The notes under the pieces: model-generated
Database searches by the model: none
What the model was told of the DNA's origin: nothing
Seen by the model: the letters and a program-made list of their open reading frames with translations, nothing else
Assembly: GCA_947624415.1 (NCBI GenBank)
Contig: CANQKH010000001.1
Location: forward strand, 33,604 to 97,603
DNA: 64,000 nucleotides
Origin: an uncultured Clostridia bacterium
Lineage (GTDB): Bacteria > Bacillota > Clostridia > Christensenellales > UBA1242
Direction of reading: 5' to 3'
Shown here: piece after piece, positions 54,423 to 64,000 of the stretch
Numbering within the stretch: the first letter of the stretch is position 1
Layout of the letters: each line of letters opens with the position of its first letter
Translations under genes and position numbers: made by a program

Positions 54423-57400
54423 ATGACAAAGATTATTAAAAGAATTTTAATATTATTTGTGCTTGTGGCATCTTTATGCCTCCTTTTTCCTTCCGCCTTC
54501 ATTAAGGCGAATGCAGTGGTTGAGGGGATATCTGGAAATAAAATTGTTTTAACTGGTCTTATAGGCAACACGCCAAAACATTTCTTTGAGGATAATAACA
54601 AACAAAGCACATTAGTTAATTGTGATGTTGTGGCAATACAAGATAAATATTATTCAATTAAATCTACCAGCAATGAAGGAAGTTCTGGCTGGGCAGAATA
54701 TAAACTTACCGGCGATATGCAACCTTTCATAGAAAAGGGATTGCTTTATGCTCAGGCGACAGCAGAAGTAACAAGCACTAACACAGATGTTTCGCTCCAA
54801 ATATCTTCAGGAGAAAATAGTAAAACAAAAAAGGGGAATGGCGAATTAAAAACAGATTTAATCCAGATTACAAGCAATCAAAATATAAGATTTAGTTTTT
54901 ATTCATCTCCAACAAATGGAAGAAATGAATTTGTGTTAAGCCTGCCAACAATACATCTTTATACAATAATTAATTCAGTTACTTTAAATGAAGAAGACCA
55001 GGTTGTTTCTCCAGGTCAACTTGTAAAGATAAATGCCTATAATGATGTAACTTCTCTTGACAGCATAAGTGGAAATTTTATGAGTTTTTCAAAAATAAAC
55101 CATAAAATTAGGTTTGAATTTTTAAATGGCGAAGAATATGTAACTATTGTAGGAACAAACCTTTCAATTTCAAAAAATGCTCCAAATGGTGCAGAGATAA
55201 CATTCAAGGTTTATTCAAACAAAAACTCTTATGACAGCACAAAGATTTATGCCGCAAATGAAGTTACATTGACGGTGGATGCAAATAATGTTGCTGTAAA
55301 GGTAATAACAGATTTTGAAAATCCTGCACGCTTTTTCGGCGAAGATATTTACACTCCAGGGCGAAAAATCACTCTTACAGTAGACCCAAACCCCGACTTT
55401 GAGTTTGTGGGATGGTATGTAGATGGACAGCTCAAACAAGGAGAAACGCTTATTACACAAGCAATAAGCGGGCAAGTCATTTACGCAAAATTTATAAAAA
55501 GCATATCAATAAAACAAATTATAGTTCCAGACAAAGTTTATGACAAGACGACTGCTATAACAGAAGAAACAATTTCCGCCGTCTTTAATGGACTTGAAAG
55601 TCAACATGAATTGAAATTACTTGGTAGCGAATTTGCATTTAGTGATGCAAACGCTGGGGAAAATAAGTCTGTTTTCCCAATTACTGACGAAATAACACTG
55701 ACAGGCAAAAATGCAGATATATATGTTTTAAAAACTCAAGATTTTCAAAATTCTTTTGGAAGAATTTTAAAGAGAGACGCATTGGTAACTCCTCAAACTT
55801 CCCAAAAGCAATATGGTTACACCGACCCACTATTTAATTATCAGACAAAAAATGTTTTAGAGGGTGATGTTATAGTTGGAAAGTTGGGCAGAGCTCAAGG
55901 TGAAGAGATTGGAATTTATCCTTTTGCACTTGGCGAACTTGCAATTAGAAATCCAAACTATAACTTACAAATTGAGGATGGGGCTTACTTTGAGATTATT
56001 CAAAGAGAACTAGAACTTGAAGATGTTGTTGTAAATGAAAAGACATATGACAAAACAAAAGTTGCTGGTATTAGTGCAAATTTAAGAAATATTTATAACA
56101 ATGAAGATGTGTCAGTTATTATTGAGGCCGAATTTGTATCACCAAATGCCGGAAGTAGTATAGAAGTCTTTATAACAAGCACAACACTTGTAGGTGAGGA
56201 TAAAGATAATTATACACTTGCACCATTTTCTCAACAACTATTTGGAGAAATTGAAAAGAAGCCAATAGATGTTAAGGCGAAAGATACAACTGCGACATAT
56301 GGAGATACACCTAATCTTGAATATGATGTAACAGGACTTTGCGAGGGCGATTATTTAAATGGCAGTTTGCAAGTTAATGAAACAAATGTTGGTGAGCATG
56401 AAATAAAACGAGGCGACTTATCCAATGATAATTATGTTATACAAAATTTTGAGAGTGCTATTTGCACAATAATTCCAAGAGAAATTCAAGTTTATGCCAA
56501 GGCTTTATCAAAGTCTTTTGGCGATGAAGACCCAGAACTAACTTATGAAACAGAAAATATGGTTGAAGGGGACACATTAGAAGGCTCGCTCAAAAGAGAG
56601 GGAGGCGAGGACGTTGGCGTTTATGCAATAGAAGTTGGCGATTTAAAAAATGAAAATTATACAATTTTCTTTACAACCAATGACTTTACAATAACCCAAA
56701 GAGAAATTGAAGCGATAATTGAATTTCTTGATAAGGAATATGACGGAACAACAGATGCAAAGTATAAAGTAGAATATAATAATAATATAAAAAATGAAAT
56801 ATTTGATATAGTAGTTGATGCAACTCTTTCAAGCAAGGATTGTGGCTTGGTTACAATAGATGTCAACAGTAGCGAAGCCCAATATTCTGGCAAACAAAAT
56901 TACACTTTTAAATATCAATACAAGAATAATCAAATAAAAATCTTGAAAAGAGAGGTAAACATATTTGTTGATAATCTCAGCAAGGAATATGGGGGAAAAG
57001 ACCCTGACTTTACTTACTCGGCAAGAAACTTGGTGGACAACGATTCATTAAACCTTACTATTGAGAGGGAAGAAGGTGAAATTGTAGGGCAATATAAATA
57101 CAGCCTGTATGAGGATTACGTTGAATTAAATCCAAACTATAATATAACCTTGATTGAATCTAGTTTCTCAATTTTGCCAAGGGAAATGAGAGTTGAAATA
57201 GGTTCTTTTTCAAAGGAGTTTGGCAATAAAGACCCTGAATTAACTTATAATATTATTGATGAATTTTGTTTTGGTGATACAAAAGAAGAAGTAGTTAATG
57301 GCACAATAAAAAGAGAGGCCGGCGAAAATGTGGGGGTATATAATTACGACCTTACAGAAATTTCTTCAAACAAAAACTATGTTTTCACAAATGCAAGCGA

Positions 57401-59534
57401 ATCTTACTTTATAATCAATAAAAGGGCAGTTTTTGTTACAATCGAAGACGCAACCAAGGTTTATGGCGAAGAAGACCCTGTATATCATTATAGTGTTTCA
57501 AATGAAGTAGAGGGTGAAAAATTATATGTCGAGATAACTCGTGAATATGGTGAGGATGTGGGGGATTATACTCTTGAATGTAAGATGAAAAATGATCCTA
57601 GATACACATTTACTTACAAGGAGGCAAACTTAAAAATCACACCATATGCAATCTCAATAAGAGCAGATGAAAAGGTAAAGATTTATGGTGATGAAGACCC
57701 TGAATTTACAATTTCAATTACAAAGGGTGTTTTGAGAAACAATGACAGAACTGAAGACCTGTTGCAAGGAAACCTTATTCGAGAAGATGGAGAAGGGGTT
57801 GGAAATTATCAAATCAATTTAGGCTCATTATCGCTTGGCGACAACTATGAATTGACGTTTGAAAGCGGAAACCTTGAAATTTTGCAAAGGCATATAACTA
57901 TAACTGCAGATAGAATTTCAAAATATTATGGCGATGATGATCCACAACTTTCATTCTCTATATCGAGCGAAGGACTAGTGTTTGATGATAAAGTAGAAGG
58001 TGGCCTTTTAAGAGAAGAGGGCGAAAATGTTGGAGAATATAAAATTTTGCAGGGCGATTTGTCGTTAAACGAAAACTATCAATTTGATTTTGTAGAAGGT
58101 GAATTAAAAATAATAAGGAAAAAGATTCAAATTATTCCAACGACGCTTTCCAAGGAATATGGCGAAGAAGATACAACAATTGAATATAAAATTATAGGCG
58201 ACCTTGTCGGAGATGATACATTAGATGGAGAATTATACAGACAAGGAATTGGAGAAGAGGAGGAAGTTGGAAAATACCTTATAATCAGCACTCTAAACTC
58301 TCAAAACTATCAAATTAGTTTTAGCGAACATTACTTTACAATATTACCAAGGGAAATTGTTGTAAAGGCGGAGAATTGTCAAATTCACTATGGTGATGAA
58401 GAACCAGAACTTAAATACCAAATTGTATCTGGCACAATACTTGAAGGGGACAGCATGACTGGAGGTCTTACAAGATTAAGTGGAAATTCGGCAGGCAATT
58501 ATGATATAATAAGTTCACTTTCTCTTGGAAGGAATTATACTATTCAATATATAAAGGGCGTGGTTACAATTTTACCACTTGAAATAACAATAAAAAGTCC
58601 AGATTATACAAAAATCTATGGGCAAGCAGACCCAACATTTACATATGAAGTAGTTGACGGGGAACTTATAAATGACGACAAACTTTATGGAACAATAATT
58701 CGTGAAAAGGGTGAGGATGTTGGAACATACAATCTTGAAAAGGGAATTTACAATGTAAATTACAATATAACTCTTTTACCTGCAAAACTTGAAATTCTCA
58801 AAAAAGATGTATACATGATTTCCACAGTTTACAATAAGATTTATGACGGGACAACTGTTGCAATACTTAAAAACCCTTACATTTCAGGTGTTTTAGATAA
58901 TGTTTATCTTGATTTTGACAGGGATAACAGTGCAAATTTCATTTCTGCTGACGTTGGAGAAAACATTGGTGTAAAAGTTCATGATGTTATGCTAGTGGGC
59001 GAAAAGGCAGGGAATTACAATTTAATTTTACCTGAAATGCTTTACGCTGATATAACCTTAAAAGATTTAACTAATGAAGAAGTTGTTTTATCTGCAAAAG
59101 ACCCAATTCTTTATTCAAGATACTCGCTTGAAATTGCAAGCGAAGATATAACAGAGGATGTGAAAGTAAAAAATCACAGCATTGTTAAGAAGTATAATAT
59201 TTGGCTTGAAGAAGGTTCGCAAATTGTAAACCTCGACAGTCAATACACAATAAAGATTGGATTACCTAAGAAGATTTTTGCTAAATATAATATTTATATT
59301 TATCAAAAGGATGAAAGGGGCGAGTATAAAATGCTTACAAGCCAGAAGAATGTAAACAATGAAATTGTTGTAACAACTTATTCACTCGGTGAATTCTATA
59401 TTGCAGTAGAAGACGAGGCTTGGCTTGATATAGGTGCAATAATTGCAGTAGTTCTAATAAGTGTAACCTGCGTAGTTGCAATTGTTTACACAGTTATAAA
59501 GCAAAAGAAAAGAAAGAAACAATTAGATTATTAA
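54423..59534 (+). CDS. Giant surface protein (1703 aa): signal peptide, Flg_new repeat, about 15 MBG (YGx/YDx) domains, C-terminal TM anchor
   Basis: ATG at 54423 follows AGGAGG, which overlaps the upstream TAG. Eleven YG..DP.(L/F)(T/S)(Y/F)...G.L.R..GE.VG.Y modules plus four (V/T/E/I)YD(K/G)T modules. PDFEFVGWYVDGQ. C-terminal IGAIIAVVLISVTCVVAIVYTVI + KQKKRKK. Confidence 0.85.
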   Translation: MTKIIKRILILFVLVASLCLLFPSAFIKANAVVEGISGNKIVLTGLIGNTPKHFFEDNNKQSTLVNCDVVAIQDKYYSIKSTSNEGSSGWAEYKLTGDMQPFIEKGLLYAQATAEVTSTNTDVSLQISSGENSKTKKGNGELKTDLIQITSNQNIRFSFYSSPTNGRNEFVLSLPTIHLYTIINSVTLNEEDQVVSPGQLVKINAYNDVTSLDSISGNFMSFSKINHKIRFEFLNGEEYVTIVGTNLSISKNAPNGAEITFKVYSNKNSYDSTKIYAANEVTLTVDANNVAVKVITDFENPARFFGEDIYTPGRKITLTVDPNPDFEFVGWYVDGQLKQGETLITQAISGQVIYAKFIKSISIKQIIVPDKVYDKTTAITEETISAVFNGLESQHELKLLGSEFAFSDANAGENKSVFPITDEITLTGKNADIYVLKTQDFQNSFGRILKRDALVTPQTSQKQYGYTDPLFNYQTKNVLEGDVIVGKLGRAQGEEIGIYPFALGELAIRNPNYNLQIEDGAYFEIIQRELELEDVVVNEKTYDKTKVAGISANLRNIYNNEDVSVIIEAEFVSPNAGSSIEVFITSTTLVGEDKDNYTLAPFSQQLFGEIEKKPIDVKAKDTTATYGDTPNLEYDVTGLCEGDYLNGSLQVNETNVGEHEIKRGDLSNDNYVIQNFESAICTIIPREIQVYAKALSKSFGDEDPELTYETENMVEGDTLEGSLKREGGEDVGVYAIEVGDLKNENYTIFFTTNDFTITQREIEAIIEFLDKEYDGTTDAKYKVEYNNNIKNEIFDIVVDATLSSKDCGLVTIDVNSSEAQYSGKQNYTFKYQYKNNQIKILKREVNIFVDNLSKEYGGKDPDFTYSARNLVDNDSLNLTIEREEGEIVGQYKYSLYEDYVELNPNYNITLIESSFSILPREMRVEIGSFSKEFGNKDPELTYNIIDEFCFGDTKEEVVNGTIKREAGENVGVYNYDLTEISSNKNYVFTNASESYFIINKRAVFVTIEDATKVYGEEDPVYHYSVSNEVEGEKLYVEITREYGEDVGDYTLECKMKNDPRYTFTYKEANLKITPYAISIRADEKVKIYGDEDPEFTISITKGVLRNNDRTEDLLQGNLIREDGEGVGNYQINLGSLSLGDNYELTFESGNLEILQRHITITADRISKYYGDDDPQLSFSISSEGLVFDDKVEGGLLREEGENVGEYKILQGDLSLNENYQFDFVEGELKIIRKKIQIIPTTLSKEYGEEDTTIEYKIIGDLVGDDTLDGELYRQGIGEEEEVGKYLIISTLNSQNYQISFSEHYFTILPREIVVKAENCQIHYGDEEPELKYQIVSGTILEGDSMTGGLTRLSGNSAGNYDIISSLSLGRNYTIQYIKGVVTILPLEITIKSPDYTKIYGQADPTFTYEVVDGELINDDKLYGTIIREKGEDVGTYNLEKGIYNVNYNITLLPAKLEILKKDVYMISTVYNKIYDGTTVAILKNPYISGVLDNVYLDFDRDNSANFISADVGENIGVKVHDVMLVGEKAGNYNLILPEMLYADITLKDLTNEEVVLSAKDPILYSRYSLEIASEDITEDVKVKNHSIVKKYNIWLEEGSQIVNLDSQYTIKIGLPKKIFAKYNIYIYQKDERGEYKMLTSQKNVNNEIVVTTYSLGEFYIAVEDEAWLDIGAIIAVVLISVTCVVAIVYTVIKQKKRKKQLDY

Positions 59535-59567
59535 AAAAAATTCTTCCAATTTAGGAAGAATTTTTTT
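59533..59567. terminator. Bidirectional terminator between convergent genes
   Basis: AATTCTTCC (59539-59547) pairs with GGAAGAATT (59554-59562), A-run before and T-run after. Confidence 0.75.
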
Positions 59568-59600
59568 ATCTAGTCATAAAAGGCCGAGAAAGGTTTTTTC

Positions 59601-60788
59601 TTACAAATTTGTTTCGTCTTGAATGTCATCAAATTTTTGTGAGGAAGAAGGGGCTTTAAGTTTCGAAGCAGGTAAAGGTGCGTTTTGAAAACTTGAACTT
59701 GTATTTTTCAATAATTGTAGTTGTTCTTCCAATATTTTAGAAACTTTTTTGAAACTTTCACTTTGAGGGAATGTCGTAAAGTCAAAAGTCTTTTCAGCAT
59801 CAGTTGTAAGTTCATCATATAAAACTTGCATAGGATTTTTATCAAATGTATCAATAGAGGTTGCCCATGAGTAATAGGTTTCGCCTTCGCCATTTTTATA
59901 GTATACTGGTATATAGTAAAATCTGTCGCCATTTTCACGGTAGCCCTTGTATGCTTCTCCCACAAATTGAGCACCTTCAAACAAATCTTTAAGTTTAAGA
60001 GCCTCATCACTCATTTTTTCACAACTGCTAAGAGCACATTCAAAACTTAAATAATTTATAAAATCAATGAAGTAATCTTTTGTAAATTCTGCATCACTAA
60101 CAAAGTCTGTGCCTGCCAGGTATTTTAAACAGAATGTATCGTTGCCATCATTAAACAAAATTGAAACATAATATTTGTCCATCTCATTTGTTTCATCATT
60201 AAGATTGTAAGGCAAAAGAGAAATTGAGATTATATTTTTAACATATCCAACATCGCTTGCACAACGTGATTTTGCATCATTTGATATTAAATCACTGAAA
60301 GATTTTACAAGCACATTTTTTTCAGTTTGGTCCATTGTGTCAAGTATAATTTGACCATCGTTGCCAAATTCAAAATCATTGTCATTTGCATCAAAAACAT
60401 TGTCGGAAGTGTAAGGGTCTTTTGTAGGTGGAATTTCATTGTAAAATGATGATTTTATAGTATTGTAAGTAAAAACTCCAAGAAGAGTTGCCAGAAGTGC
60501 GAAGGAAGCAATCTTTAAACCCTTTTTTACTTTACTACCTTTTTTAGGTGTAGCCGGTGTTTTAAGCATTGCCTTCATTTTTTTTGCACGGCGTTTATCT
60601 GTTGGTGGCAAAAAAGTTCTCTTCTCATCATCTTTGGAAGAGGCAGTTGCGTTATCATTTTTCTTTTTTTCATTTTTGACAGAGGTTTTTGGAGGGACAG
60701 GCAAAGCCTGTGGTTCATCGTCGTCCAGGCTAATATAAGAATTAGCAGACCAATCTGCATCCATAATTCCTTGTTGAGTTTTTTCCAT
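59601..60788 (-). CDS. Single-pass membrane protein with a basic/disordered cytoplasmic N-terminus, function unknown
   Basis: ATG at 60788 (MEKTQQ...). TM segment IASFALLATLLGVFTY. The TTG at 60806 given by the track falls inside the promoter spacer. Confidence 0.6.
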   Translation of the reverse strand: MEKTQQGIMDADWSANSYISLDDDEPQALPVPPKTSVKNEKKKNDNATASSKDDEKRTFLPPTDKRRAKKMKAMLKTPATPKKGSKVKKGLKIASFALLATLLGVFTYNTIKSSFYNEIPPTKDPYTSDNVFDANDNDFEFGNDGQIILDTMDQTEKNVLVKSFSDLISNDAKSRCASDVGYVKNIISISLLPYNLNDETNEMDKYYVSILFNDGNDTFCLKYLAGTDFVSDAEFTKDYFIDFINYLSFECALSSCEKMSDEALKLKDLFEGAQFVGEAYKGYRENGDRFYYIPVYYKNGEGETYYSWATSIDTFDKNPMQVLYDELTTDAEKTFDFTTFPQSESFKKVSKILEEQLQLLKNTSSSFQNAPLPASKLKAPSSSQKFDDIQDETNL

Positions 60789-60795
60789 ATATATT

Positions 60796-60823
60796 ATTTT
60801 AATCAAAATTGAGAATTTGTCAA
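60796..60823 (-). promoter_or_regulatory. Sigma-A promoter positioned for a leaderless transcript
   Basis: Minus strand: TTGACA (60823-60818), 16-nt spacer, TAAAAT (60801-60796), 7 nt, then ATG at 60788. No SD. Confidence 0.45.
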
Positions 60824-60979
60824 GGGGGTTTGTCGCTTTTGTTGTAAAAAAACAATAAAAATTGCAAGGAATATGGGGTGTTTAATGTATTGGTGGCATT
60901 GACAAAAAAACATTTAATTTACTTGACAAAAAAAATGTAAAAATGTTACAAATAGAAGGTAAAATTAAGGAGCAATAAA

Positions 60980-63118
60980 ATGAGCGAACTCAAATTAAAA
61001 AGTTTAAGAGATTTATTGGGCAAAAACTATTTTATTCCCAGTTATCAGCGTGGCTATCGATGGGAAAAACGACAGGTTGTGGACTTGCTTGACGACCTGT
61101 ATTCCTTTATTATAAAGAAAAATAAGGGTGAAGGTTCTTTTTATTGTCTTCAACCTATAGTTTTAAAAAAATGTGATGAGGAAACAAAAAAAAGTTTTCT
61201 TCCTGACTTTCAAGAAAATTGTTATGAGGTTATAGATGGCCAACAACGGCTCACAACAATCTATTTGTTGTTTAAATATCTTATCAATGAAAATAATTTT
61301 TCAAGCAAACTTTCAAATTATGGTGGTCTTTATAATATTTTTTATCAAACAGTTCATGGTTCAAATGAATGTATAGAGAGACCAGAGAAAGAAAAAAGAG
61401 ATACCCCAAACGATTATTATATAACTCAGGCTTATAAAGAAATTGAAAAATGGTTTAGAGGAAGAGGAGAAGTTAAAGGTGATTTATTAGAAGCGTTTGA
61501 GAGTTTTTTGTTGTATGACGCTAACAAGACAATTGTTAAAAAGACTTGCGGTTATGCACAAATTATATGGTATGAAGTAGATAAAGATGTAGACCCAATA
61601 AAGACTTTTACCCGATTAAACATAGGGAAAATTCCACTAAGAAATGCTGAACTTATCAAAGCACTATTTTTGCAAAACAGAAATAAATCTAATTCTGCTG
61701 ATATCCAACAAATTTATATTGCAAAGGAATGGGACCAAATTGAGGCAAGTTTGCAGGAAAAACGTTTTTGGGCATTTTTAAATAAAGACTTAAAAGAGAT
61801 TCCAAATCATATAGATTTCATCTTTAATGTTATATTTGCTGTCGAAGGGAAAAAGGAAGAGCAAGCGATTAAAGATAATATAATTAAAAGCGGAAAACTT
61901 GAGGGGTTGGGAAGCACCAAAAAAATTAATAAAGAGGCAGAAAAACAAGCAAAACAAGCCTTTAATGATAAATATGGCGTTGACGAATATGCTTCATTTA
62001 GATTTTTCAGCACAAAATTTGAAGACGCATTGAAAAAAAACGAAGATGCACTGATGCAGTGTATAAAAAATGAATGGGAAACTGTGCTTGAATATTATGC
62101 AACTTTCCTAGATTGGTTTAACAATCCATTATGGTATCACTACATAGGATTTTTGATTTATTGCAGCGACCCTAAAAAAGAAACTGAGCAGATTATAAAA
62201 ATTTACAATCTTTATAAAAATAGCACGAAAAAGGAATTTAGGCAAAAATTAATCGATGAAATAAAAGAGCGATTGGATATAAGATTAAAGACCGAAGGTG
62301 ATGGACGTAGCGAACTTATAAATTCAGCAGGTGAGCCAATAGTTTATAGTGATCAGAATAGAACGTTATTACGTCAAATTTTGGTGTTATATAATATAGA
62401 ACATATAATACAAAAAAACAAACAATATTTATTTGAGAAGAATGGCGATTTAGACGATGATGAAAATGACACAGAAGAAGATTGCGAATTAATGGATTGT
62501 GAAAATGACACAGAAGAAACTGACTACGATTTACGCAAGAGTTATGTTATCTTCCCATTTGACATTTTTAAGGAAAAGAGGTGGGATATTGAGCATATTG
62601 ACTCATTTACAACAAACCCTTTCACCGCTGACAAACAAAGACAGAAGTGGCTTGAAACGGCATTGAATGACCTCAAATATTATGGAAAAGATTACAAGAC
62701 TTATGGTGCAATAACAGATAAAGAAAGAAAGGTGCTCGAAGATTACTTAATCAAGCCAACAAATTTTGAAGAAGTTACCTGGATTGTTTCAAAACTGGCA
62801 AGCGAATATAGACCAGAAGGTGAACTTGAAAAGGAAATCAAAAATTCATTGGGCAACCTTACTCTTTTAAATGCAAGAATTAATAGAAGTTATCAAAATG
62901 CGATTTTCCCTTCAAAGAGAAAGAGAATTACAAAAGAAGATGCAAGCGGGGAATTTATTCCAATATGCACAAAGAATGTGTTTTTGAAGAATTTTGATGG
63001 GGTTACAAACACCAATATAGAATGGAACGAGCAAGATATGAGAGCATATCAAAACAATATAATAAAAGTTATTAGTAAATTTCTTACAAAAGAGGAAGGG
63101 GGAAATAATGACAAATAA
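60980..63118 (+). CDS. GmrSD-family type IV restriction-like enzyme (DUF262 + DUF1524/His-Me finger)
   Basis: N-terminal IPSYQRGYRWEKRQVVDLLDDL and DGQQRLTT (DUF262). C-terminal WDIEHIDS ... LGNLTLLNARINRSYQN (DUF1524 HNH-like). SD AAGGAG. Confidence 0.85.
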   Translation: MSELKLKSLRDLLGKNYFIPSYQRGYRWEKRQVVDLLDDLYSFIIKKNKGEGSFYCLQPIVLKKCDEETKKSFLPDFQENCYEVIDGQQRLTTIYLLFKYLINENNFSSKLSNYGGLYNIFYQTVHGSNECIERPEKEKRDTPNDYYITQAYKEIEKWFRGRGEVKGDLLEAFESFLLYDANKTIVKKTCGYAQIIWYEVDKDVDPIKTFTRLNIGKIPLRNAELIKALFLQNRNKSNSADIQQIYIAKEWDQIEASLQEKRFWAFLNKDLKEIPNHIDFIFNVIFAVEGKKEEQAIKDNIIKSGKLEGLGSTKKINKEAEKQAKQAFNDKYGVDEYASFRFFSTKFEDALKKNEDALMQCIKNEWETVLEYYATFLDWFNNPLWYHYIGFLIYCSDPKKETEQIIKIYNLYKNSTKKEFRQKLIDEIKERLDIRLKTEGDGRSELINSAGEPIVYSDQNRTLLRQILVLYNIEHIIQKNKQYLFEKNGDLDDDENDTEEDCELMDCENDTEETDYDLRKSYVIFPFDIFKEKRWDIEHIDSFTTNPFTADKQRQKWLETALNDLKYYGKDYKTYGAITDKERKVLEDYLIKPTNFEEVTWIVSKLASEYRPEGELEKEIKNSLGNLTLLNARINRSYQNAIFPSKRKRITKEDASGEFIPICTKNVFLKNFDGVTNTNIEWNEQDMRAYQNNIIKVISKFLTKEEGGNNDK

Positions 63119-64000
63119 ATTTAGTTTTGAGCAGTTGCTCACCCAGGAAATTCAATTAACTAGTGAAAAAAATATAAAAATTAATAAAATTTCAATACCA
63201 ATCTTGCAACGTGATTATGCACAAGGCAGAAAGAGTTATTATGAAATATTGGATAAAGATGAAGTGGTGCTAAATTTGGCAGGAGAGAGATTTATTAAAG
63301 AAATTTTCTCGACATTAGAATCTTCAGGCGAACTTGAACTCGACTTTATATATGGCTCAATATATGAGGACAAGGACAATGATGGAAATCTTGTAAATGT
63401 TTTAAGCCCGCTTGACGGGCAACAGAGATTGACAACTCTCTTTTTGCTGTATTGGTTTATTGGTGGGAAAGAGTTGGATTTGACTGCTCGTAAAAAACTG
63501 GCAGAAATGCTTAAAAATTTTACGTATATGACGCGAATGAGTTCAACATTTTTTTGTGCGGACCTTGCCAAAGAGTTGACCAAGAATGATGCATCAAGCA
63601 TTTTTAAAGATGGAAATGAAAGTATAGTTTCTCAAATAAAAAATCTTCCATGGTATCACGGCTCTTACAATCTTGACCCAACTATAGATGCTATGCTTAA
63701 TATGCTTGCAAGAATACAGTGTATTTACAACGAAAAGACCGGTGATTGCGGAAAACTCTATGAAAATTTAGACAAGTTAAAATTTTATATTTTACCACTT
63801 CAAGATTTTGAACTTTCCGATGAATTATATGTAAAAATGAATGCACGTGGCAAGCAATTGACGGAATTTGAAAATTTCAAGGCAGATTTACAAAATTGGC
63901 TTAAAAAATTAAAACTCGGAAGAAAAAAATATTACAATGTCGAAATGCCATACGATATGTATTTTATAAGCAAAATGGACAATGAGTGGTTGCAATGTTT
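63108..64000 (+). CDS. Second DUF262 (GmrS-like) protein, 3' end outside window
   Basis: ATG at 63108 after GAGGAAGGGGG, overlapping the upstream gene by 11 nt. IPILQRDYAQGR and DGQQRLTTLFLLYW motifs. ORF still open at 64000. Confidence 0.8.
   Translation, partial: MTNKFSFEQLLTQEIQLTSEKNIKINKISIPILQRDYAQGRKSYYEILDKDEVVLNLAGERFIKEIFSTLESSGELELDFIYGSIYEDKDNDGNLVNVLSPLDGQQRLTTLFLLYWFIGGKELDLTARKKLAEMLKNFTYMTRMSSTFFCADLAKELTKNDASSIFKDGNESIVSQIKNLPWYHGSYNLDPTIDAMLNMLARIQCIYNEKTGDCGKLYENLDKLKFYILPLQDFELSDELYVKMNARGKQLTEFENFKADLQNWLKKLKLGRKKYYNVEMPYDMYFISKMDNEWLQC

Overview
Low-GC (about one-third G+C by eye) chromosomal window from a monoderm, Bacillota-like bacterium using the standard bacterial code: TAA, TAG and TGA all end long ORFs, Trp is TGG, and RF1 is encoded here. 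It holds about 45 genes in five blocks. (1) 1-5.6 kb: leucine-rich-repeat surface proteins flank a prmC-prfA pair in which PrmC is fused to a polytopic membrane domain. (2) 5.8-22 kb: orphan proteins, a degenerate-AAA + Zn-peptidase/vWA pair, a P-loop-CYTH fusion, three MBL-fold hydrolases, a coaE(-MBL)/coaD pair, small housekeeping enzymes (YjjX-like NTPase, HD, Smr, GNATs) and one cupin-GNAT gene broken by an in-frame TAG. (3) 22-30 kb: two strongly promoted orphan genes, then a tRNA-Ala(UGC) followed by a perfectly duplicated 99-bp array that repeats the tRNA 3' acceptor end plus its terminator. This block also carries a Flg_new-repeat surface protein, engB and a RumA-type methyltransferase. 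(4) 30.6-59.5 kb: a surface-protein island with three giant genes (3334, 2062 and 1703 aa) interleaved with two ABC transporters, a lipoprotein, and NUDIX, CYTH-like and RmlA genes. (5) 61-64 kb: two overlapping GmrSD-type (DUF262) type IV restriction-like genes. I recognised no rRNA, CRISPR, transposase, integrase or phage genes. Two non-gene signals recur. Near-consensus sigma-A promoters are common, often with a TGn extended -10, and at least five are placed so that transcription should start on the ATG itself (leaderless mRNAs). Clean hairpin terminators are also frequent. The best candidates for something new are the pseudo-AAA/peptidase-vWA module, the ABC-exporter + giant-adhesin operon, the tRNA-Ala acceptor-end repeat array and the leaderless promoter class. 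None can be proven from sequence alone. All domain calls come from motif recognition by eye, not from searches.
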